DNA from: Octopus vulgaris
Taxonomy: Eukaryota
Direction of reading: 5' to 3'
Assembly: GCA_951406725.2 (NCBI GenBank)
Contig: OX597814.1
Span: 106,826,001 to 106,890,000, forward strand
DNA: 64,000 nt
The first letter of the stretch is position 1. Each line of letters opens with the position of its first letter. The notes below the pieces were generated by a model. The model ran no database searches, was not told the DNA's origin, and worked only from the letters and a program-made list of their open reading frames with translations. Position numbers and translations under genes: made by a program. Positions 55,655 through 64,000 of the stretch are shown piece after piece.

Positions 55655-56380
55655 TGCTAGATATGTAGGTCTGTAGGTAGGTAGGTAGGTAGATAGGTAG
55701 AAAGGTACGTAGGTAGGTATGCATGTACATTCGTACATACATATGCATACATATAATATATTCATATATATGTATACATATGTATATATATACATACATG
55801 TATATATACATACATTCATATATATATATATACACACATACATATATATATATACATACATACATACATACATATATACATATATATACACACACATACA
55901 CACACACATATACACACACACACACGTAAAAGCCATCCGTCCGTTTGTATGTTTGCCTAATTGCATAGATGCGAGCCCACCTATATATATGTGAACATAA
56001 TTCTCAATGACCTGCTGGCCATTGATCATTATTTCTTTCGGAATAATCCCGACTTTCACACGTGATTTCTGATTCTCCATGGCACCACATTCATTTTGGA
56101 ACTGCAGTCATTCACCTTGCAATTATTAATTGCTAACGTAATTGCTGGATTGGTTCCAAGTGTCATTGCGTCTACTTGACATTCTTCCCGAAATATCAGC
56201 GAACAGCATTGAAAGACCATTTAAAATTTTAAGATCAATTCGTCGATAATTCTTCATCCAAATTTCTTGTGTTTTGAATAAGAAAACAATTCTAAATTTA
56301 ACGAATCCAATATCAACTTTTGGCTTGATTTTCGAACCTTGGTGAGAATATCTGAAACTTGCTTAATAAAGTCATTTCTG

Positions 56381-56469
<89 letters not shown>

Positions 56470-56512
56470 CGAGCGCGTATGTGCATGTGTGCATGTGTGT
56501 GTGTGTATGTGT

Positions 56513-56557
<45 letters not shown>

Positions 56558-56849
56558 TGTGTCGTTAACTATGAAGGCACATGGCTGAGTTAACAGTTTG
56601 TTTCTCCGTCGGGAATTTTAAAGTTTGGCACCCCCAGCATGGCACCGTATTCAAATATATTTTTTTCTATAACTTCGGGTCTACTTGAGTCTCCAGGACT
56701 AAACTGGATTGGAGGAAATTGTGCGAAAGCCTGTCAAATCAACTTTGCCTGTGATTTGAAATACTTACCTTCTTGTACACTGTGTCATGCTGATTCTGAC
56801 TAAACGTTATGCTAGGGGAAGGAATTGGCCATGATATGTTCGATAATTT

Positions 56850-57345
56850 GTGATTATAAGCAGCCGAAGACAACCAGCAAATCTCAAAAGATTCTTAATA
56901 AAGGTGAAATTCATATCAGAAGAATATCAGGTAACAAATTTCGCAGACCCTTGTTGTGAGACATGTGAAACAATTGATCAGGGAACAGTCAAAAGATCCA
57001 AAAATGAGAAAGAATTAAAGGGAAATGCAAATATGAATTGCAAAAGAAAAAATCGCATTTGTATAACAATGCAATGAGAACTATATCGAACAAAACTCTA
57101 TCAAAATTAATAGATCGTATTAGAATACATAAACAACAAATTAAAAATTCCTCTCTTAGAAATATTCCATGCGGTGAATATCTAGACATTTGTGGAAATG
57201 AAACATTCAAAATATTTCCTTTTTTACAAAATAAAGGAAGAAAATGATCAATTACGAAAGGTAAAAGGAGAAGATGCTTTATAAAATCTAAATCTGAAAC
57301 TAAATCGGAAATAGTCAACACCGCTATTAAAAACAACTTCCTCTA
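56850..57345 (+). pseudogene. Penelope-like element GIY-YIG endonuclease C-terminus (Cys-rich linker, Neptune-like), decayed
   Basis: DPCCETCETI...NMNCK.KN.I, then KL.DRIRIHKQQIK...IPCGEYLDICG...FKIFPF and a later FI motif; the GIY/YIG residues are degraded by frameshifts. Confidence 0.7.
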
Positions 57346-57361
57346 TACGGATTACTCATGA

Positions 57362-57440
57362 ACCAGATCGAACCATCTCAAGTGTAACTGTCCGAAATGG
57401 TCATGACTTCTGGTACTTGACTGATGAAAGAAAGCTAAGA
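57362..57440 (+). ncRNA. Non-circularly permuted HHR-like motif directly downstream of the Penelope endonuclease
   Basis: ACCAGA..ACCAT-C-TCAAGTG..GTCC-GAA-ATGGT..TCTGG-TACTTGA-CTGATGA. Confidence 0.6.
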
Positions 57441-57982
57441 ATGACCCGTTTTTTTTGCCTGTCCTTCTAATTGTTGTTTCTCTTGTCCGCCTTTGTGTTG
57501 TCTATCTGTCCGAACGTTTTAATGCCCTCTATTGCGTTTTTATTTCATTTTAATATATACATATATATATATATATATATATCGAACAGTGAGAAAGAGT
57601 GCTCAACACTGCATTGCTGGATAAATATTCTTTATTTTGGGGTCAACAAGGTCCCCATTGGTTTCATGTGAAGAGAAATATCTCAACAATTATCAAACTT
57701 GCCACATGAAATGTGCGTATTCATCTCCATCTTGGGGATATGGTGCATACATTAAAATGGATCTCCAACCAATATATTTATATATATGTATAAGATCCAA
57801 CGATCGATGTGTAGGAAGAAAGTTAGCTTCAAGCAATCCGTAGTAAATAAAGAAACAACTTTCAGGAACAATAGAGATTGTTGGAAGGTTGTGGATTTTT
57901 TTCTTATTGAAGTACGATGAGCTGAAAAAAAAGTTTTATATTTCACAGTAGGTGACCAGGGTTGCCAGGTGTGCGAATAAGA

Positions 57983-58348
57983 ATACAAGAGTCAAGGAAC
58001 GGAGAAGTTAAGATCCGGGTTACATGTTTCATGACGAGCAGAACGTCAGAAGTGGTGAATATCCAAGCGAGGCGAATACTGCAGGCTAACTCTTCAGGCC
58101 AAGGATATCTTGTTTAAAGGAAAGGTTACACTGTCGCAAGGAGAAACATGTTAAATTATTCCGATTGAATCTTCCACGTATTAACATGTACTCCCTTGCA
58201 ACAATGTAAACTTTCATTTAATCAAGATATCTTTTACCTGAAGAGCAGCCTGCAGTACACACCTCGCTTGGATAGTTACCACTTCAGAGGTTCCGCTTGC
58301 TATTAAACATATGTAGATCTTACATGCTCCATTCTTTAACTCTTGTAT
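57983..58348. repeat. Old diverged fold-back (~175-bp arms)
   Basis: ATACAAGAG..ATCCAAGCGAGG..TACTGCAGGCT..AGATATCTTG..ACATGTTAA is mirrored in 58180-58348. Confidence 0.8.
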
Positions 58349-58369
58349 ATACATCCACACACACACACA

Positions 58370-58424
<55 letters not shown>

Positions 58425-58427
<3 letters not shown>

Positions 58428-58590
58428 ATTCTCTCTCTGTTTTTTTCTCGTGCTCCTTTCTGTTGAAGAGCGTAGGCTTGAAATGTAAAAAACCTTTCTC
58501 ACCTTCCCGAGCGTTAAACTAATACACCTGCTAGTTTTTTACACATTGTGTCTTCGTCTTTTGTTTTTTGTTTTTGTAAATTCCAACTAT
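58425..58590 (+). mobile_element. Short repeat with a degenerate minimal HHR-like motif at 58457-58490
   Basis: TTT-CTGTTGA-A-GAGC-gtag-GCTT-GAAATGTA-AAA; flanks resemble the 565-770 family. Confidence 0.5.
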
Positions 58591-59058
58591 ATATATATAT
58601 ATACATATATATTAGCCTTGAGAGATCCTCTCTTATAAACGCTCGGTGCATGAAAACATACACATAGATCGTAGCTGGCGAGAATTGTCGGTCGTGGGCG
58701 CCGGAATTTCCATTTCACGTGACTTCGGCCTACTGGACCTCTTCAGTGGGAAGCGCCAGTTACCGTCTCCTAATATTTCCGTGTGTGTGTGTGTGTGTGT
58801 GTTTGTGTGAATACAAATATACGTGTAGGTATATCTATAATTGTGGTGTTTTTGGAGCATATCTTACAAAGTGCAATTAACCAGTTGCGTTGAGGCAGGA
58901 GTGAACAGTTTCTGCTTCCGTCAATCCCTGTCATCAGGCTTATCGTTCCCTCCACATCCAAACATCTACGTCTGGCTGTCCGTCTGTCTGTCTGTCGAGT
59001 CAAGGATTTTAAAGCGACACATATCAAAGCGTCACATATTCTCACATTATTACACACT

Positions 59059-59106
<48 letters not shown>

Positions 59107-59280
59107 CGCACAAATGCCCTGACTCATTCACACACATACATAGATTCGTTGAATCATACATACGATTGTGCACATTACATGAAAGCGTGTATGCACACTA
59201 ACACACATACATAAGTGCAACATGCATTCACACACACAAACACACATACATACAGACACACACACATATACATATACTTA

Positions 59281-59331
<51 letters not shown>

Positions 59332-61900
59332 CATGCGCACACACAATACAAGACACACACACAGAGTGTATGAGCATACTAATACACAATACACATTAAC
59401 ACATATGCACACAGTGTATAAACACACTAGTATACTTTACTTACTTTCACATGGAGTGTGTGTGTGTGTACACGCAACACATATCAACATAAATACACAC
59501 CCACACAATAGTTAGAACTCGCACGCACGCACACACACACACACACACACATACACACACCCAATACACACACACACACACACACAGCCATTTAGCAAAT
59601 TGACAATCGGCTATTAGCATAATTTCAGATTGAATTCCTTCTGTCACCACCGTCGCCATCACCCCTTCTCCCCACAGCTCCCACAACCCCCACAACCCTC
59701 ACCACTGCCGTCGTCCCCGCCTCCGTCCTCTCCAAGATCAGATATAAAAGACCAAACAGCGCTTAAGTAGCATTTAGCCATATTTTCATACTTTCTCATT
59801 TCAGATTTCTAACGCAACAAGCGCTCGAGAGCGGAAGAATTCGCTTTTATTACCTTCTCGATTTTGGAATCTTTTAATGTTTCTCTACTCTTTTCGAGAC
59901 AAGTTAGGAAGAAAACAAATCCCATGGTGCCATAAAACGAAGAATTTTTATGAATCATTTGAGACGAAAGTAGAGAGATCAGTACAAAACACTTCCAACG
60001 ATTTACTCCTCTTGTTCGCTTCCTTATTTTTTTTTTTGTTTTGTCTTTTTCTCTAATAACCTTTTCCTTTCTTTTTTTTTTTTTTTTTTTTTGCTCCCTT
60101 CTCCCATTTTTTTCTTCTTCTCGTCTTTATTTCCTATCTACAGCAATATTTTATTGGATTCTGTTGAAATGAGATAAAGAAAAGGATGGTGAAACCGAAA
60201 TATATTTCTATCTGATAGTCTTCACCGTGAGTCTATCTTCTCTACAGTACAAAACGGTCTTCTTGTACCGCTGTTTATTGTATACAAAGCTTCTTAAAAA
60301 TCATTTTATCACCGCTGCCCCCGCCGCCAACGTTACCGTCGCTGCTGCTGCTGCTATCAACACTGTAACCGCCGCCATCATCGCCACCGTCAATCGTCAT
60401 TGATTTTGTTGTTCTTCTTCTTCCTCTCGCTCCATTTTCTTCTTCTTTTGTTATTTTTAATGATATTTTCAGATGAGATGACAGACAGATATTTCTGATT
60501 AAAAACACTTTAAATCAGTTATTTTTTAATCGGAATTCCTTTAGCCTTGTTTAGAATAGGTTAAAGTGATTGAACGAAATATCTTTTGTTCGTCTTTTCA
60601 TGTTTTTTAATGTTTAAGATGAGGTGTTTTAATGTTGTTTTATAGTCGTTAAAATTTCTCAGTGTTTCGTCGTTCACTCGTATCACTTTCTAAGGATTTC
60701 TTTCTGCTTGTATAATAGATGTTGCAGTTTAAAGTTATCTGTTTTTATGGCTGTAAATTCCTTTAATGTTCGCATTGTTCACGCATGGCTAAACAAGTGG
60801 ATTGTTGAAATGATCAGAATTCTAACTCGACTTTAAGGAATCATTCTAATATATCTGTTATTTATTAATATTGAACTGGATCTCATGTAATGTATTGATT
60901 ATTATAATATTTGTGAATAGTTGTGAAAACTACAGCAACGAACAAAGAGTTCGAAGGTGAATTTTATTATATAATTCTTGCTTAGATACACCGCCATTGT
61001 AACGGTTCCTCATGTTCCACAGTTAATGGCGATATTCTATCGAATGTTACAATAAAAGATCAGTCACGTGATAGAAGATGAGTCTTGTTTCTGGAATGAA
61101 ATTTCGTAAATAATTGTCTTCCTTTATTTGAAATAATTACAATGAGACAACAGAGAAATAATGTAAGGCATTGCCTCATATCGTTAGCAGAGTGTGAAAC
61201 AATGTAGTGTAAGACTTGTCGGTGAATTCATCGTTTTGTTGTGTCTTTCTTTTATCTACTTCAATAATTGGTAAGATGGAGGTTAAAGATCAAGCTACAA
61301 GTTTAATTTCGGAATTAAAATCACTGAGATCTTTACGGCTATTTCCAACCATTCTCCGCCGCTGCGTATTAATCGATGTGGAACAACTAAACAAATTGAA
61401 ACTACTACAGCATTTAGAAGAGATGCGCAGGAATTTTTATTGTTTTCTGAGAAACTAAACGTTTTATCTGAGTCACTGTAGCATGTCTTTCAGTTAGCAT
61501 GTACTTTAAACACAGTCTGTCGAGGTGTACACAGCATACTATTGTTATGTACTTTTAACAACGAGCAGCAAGACTTTTAACAAGATTTCATAGTCTGTAT
61601 GGAATTACGAATAAATATTTGCGAAATCTAAGAATTGTCACCTGTAGGAAACCGTTTCCTACTTACAACTTCCTCAAACTATTTTCCTCTCTAAATACAA
61701 AAGAAAGTCTGTTTGTTTATCAAGCCAAAACTATTTCATAGTTTTATTTATATTTTACTACTATTTCCAAAAGCTGGAGATTTATACGTCATGGCTATGT
61801 ATCTGCTGCTGGGTTTCATAACCAACACTTACTTAGAAGTTGGCCGACCGAAGCTATGCCACAATCCGACATGCGTGCGTGCGTGCTGCGTGCGTTCGTG

Positions 61901-61971
<71 letters not shown>

Positions 61972-62134
61972 CTGTGTGCATGTGTGTATGCATGTGTAGG
62001 TTATAATGTAACTCACTTTATCTGCGGCTATAACTTCATACGTATACATTATTCTTATATGTATATACATATATATAGCATTATTAGTATATATTTTATA
62101 CATATTATATGTGTGCGTATGTATGTATATACGC

Positions 62135-62464
62135 TTTACTCTTTACTCTTTTACTTGTTTCAGTCATTTGACTACGGCCATGCTGGAGCACCGTCTTTAG
62201 TCGATCGAGCAAATCGACCCCAAGACTTATTCTTTGTAATCCTAGTACTTATTCTATCGGTCTCTTTTGCCGAACCGCTAAGTTACAGGGACGTAAACAC
62301 ACCAGCATCGGTTGTCAAGCGATGTTGGGGGAACAAACAGAGACACACAATCATATCCACACACATACACATATACATAAACACATACACACACACATAC
62401 ACATATATATATATACATAAATATATACATATATGTGTGTGTATATATATATATATAAGTATAT

Positions 62465-62529
<65 letters not shown>

Positions 62530-62780
62530 TGCATATATGTGTATGTGTGTGTATTCTTTTATTCTTTTTTGTTTCACTTGTCTCAGTCATTTGACCGCAG
62601 CCATGCTGGGGCACCGCCTTGACGGGCTGTTTTTATTATAGTCGAACAAATAGACCCCAGGACTTATTTCTTAAACCTAGCACTGATGCTATCGGTCTCT
62701 TTTGCCGAACCACTAAGTGACAGAAACGTAAACACACCAACACCGGTTGTCAAGCGGTAACAAGGGAACAAACACGCATA
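62135..62780 (-). mobile_element. Two 3' halves of SINE family A
   Basis: TTTCAGTCATTTGACT..GCCGAACC..GGTTGTCAAGCG at 62135-62345 and 62550-62780. Confidence 0.8.
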
Positions 62781-62947
62781 TGCTTACATCCAACCATCTA
62801 AACGTGCGCGCACACACATATATATGCATATATATATGTACATCTATATATATATGTATATATATATGTGCATATGCATTTATTTATATATTATTTATGT
62901 TATTATATATATGTACATATATATACATACATTTATATACATACATT

Positions 62948-63064
<117 letters not shown>

Positions 63065-63559
63065 ATACATATAAAAGTAAATAAATGGTACAACGAAGTA
63101 CCGATATTTACTGGAAAATAGCGATCGTAATATATATATATATATATATATATTCATGCATATATATCCGTTGAGGGGATATATAAAATCGGATCTTTTC
63201 TTTTTGAAAGCCAGATTTTCCTAGTTAACTAAACAATTTGAAACTTCGTATACTGGTAGAATGTGTCAAAAGAAAACATAATTGTAAACCAAAATGAAAA
63301 CGGAATTGTAATTTCTAAGTTTAACGTTGTTTACAAATTCGAATTTTAACCAATGATATTCTTTCTTTCGGCCTCATATTATTTACTGCTTCTCAAAATA
63401 TTGTTACTGTGACGTAAACAGCTATTTTGTGACGTAGTTAACGTAAACATGTAAATAGCTAACTAAAATGTAAACATCTCCGCTTATCATAAACTTCTTG
63501 GAGTATATATAAAATTTGTGTAGATCCTAAATAGCTACACACACATGTATACAAACATA

Positions 63560-63604
<45 letters not shown>

Positions 63605-63789
63605 CTATACACACATTTTCTAATGCATATATGTGTATATATTTATAATGTGTGTGTATTATAGATGCATACATTATATATATATATAAAAGATGTTTAC
63701 ATACAATATATATATGTTATATACATCTACATGTATATGTATGTATGAATATATAAGTACCACAGAATTTGGATCAAACTGTTTTGATC

Positions 63790-63827
<38 letters not shown>

Positions 63828-64000
63828 AACACTACCATCCATGAGACATCCTAACATAATCAATGCTACTACTACTATCATCATCATTATCATCATCATC
63901 CACTGCCGCCACCACCGCCACCACCACCACCACCACCTCTACAAAAACACCAACACTATAATTGCTGCCATCATACACATCCACTGTCACCACTACCACC

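Noticed and set aside
55975-56330. Possible exon MENQKSRVKVGIIPKEIMINGQQVIENYVHIY
   Set aside because: It runs into microsatellite, has stops upstream, and shows no recognisable domain or clear splice sites.

Overview
Non-coding, repeat-saturated eukaryotic DNA. The microsatellite load and SINE families suggest a cephalopod, probably Octopus (inference). Nearly all supplied ORFs are microsatellite artefacts, and no intact host gene is evident. The window holds many tRNA-derived SINEs, a decayed Helitron with a PIF1 helicase, short non-autonomous Helitrons and a Helentron-like element, mariner and hAT relics, RTE/CR1/R4-type LINE fragments and a decayed Penelope-like (GIY-YIG) element. The main signal is RNA-level: about 20 hammerhead ribozyme (HHR)-like motifs from several repeat families, many in inverted (fold-back) insertions. 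At least four full copies and two partial copies have the three HHR core strands in a non-circularly permuted, pseudoknotted order (cleavage strand, then GAAA strand, then CUGANGA strand). Stems I and III show compensatory changes between copies, and one copy lies directly after a Penelope GIY-YIG ORF. A second system is a tRNA-headed SINE whose tail carries a minimal HHR and which inserts as inverted structures with 13-bp target-site duplications (TSDs). All folds were derived by eye, activity is untested, and repeat boundaries are approximate.
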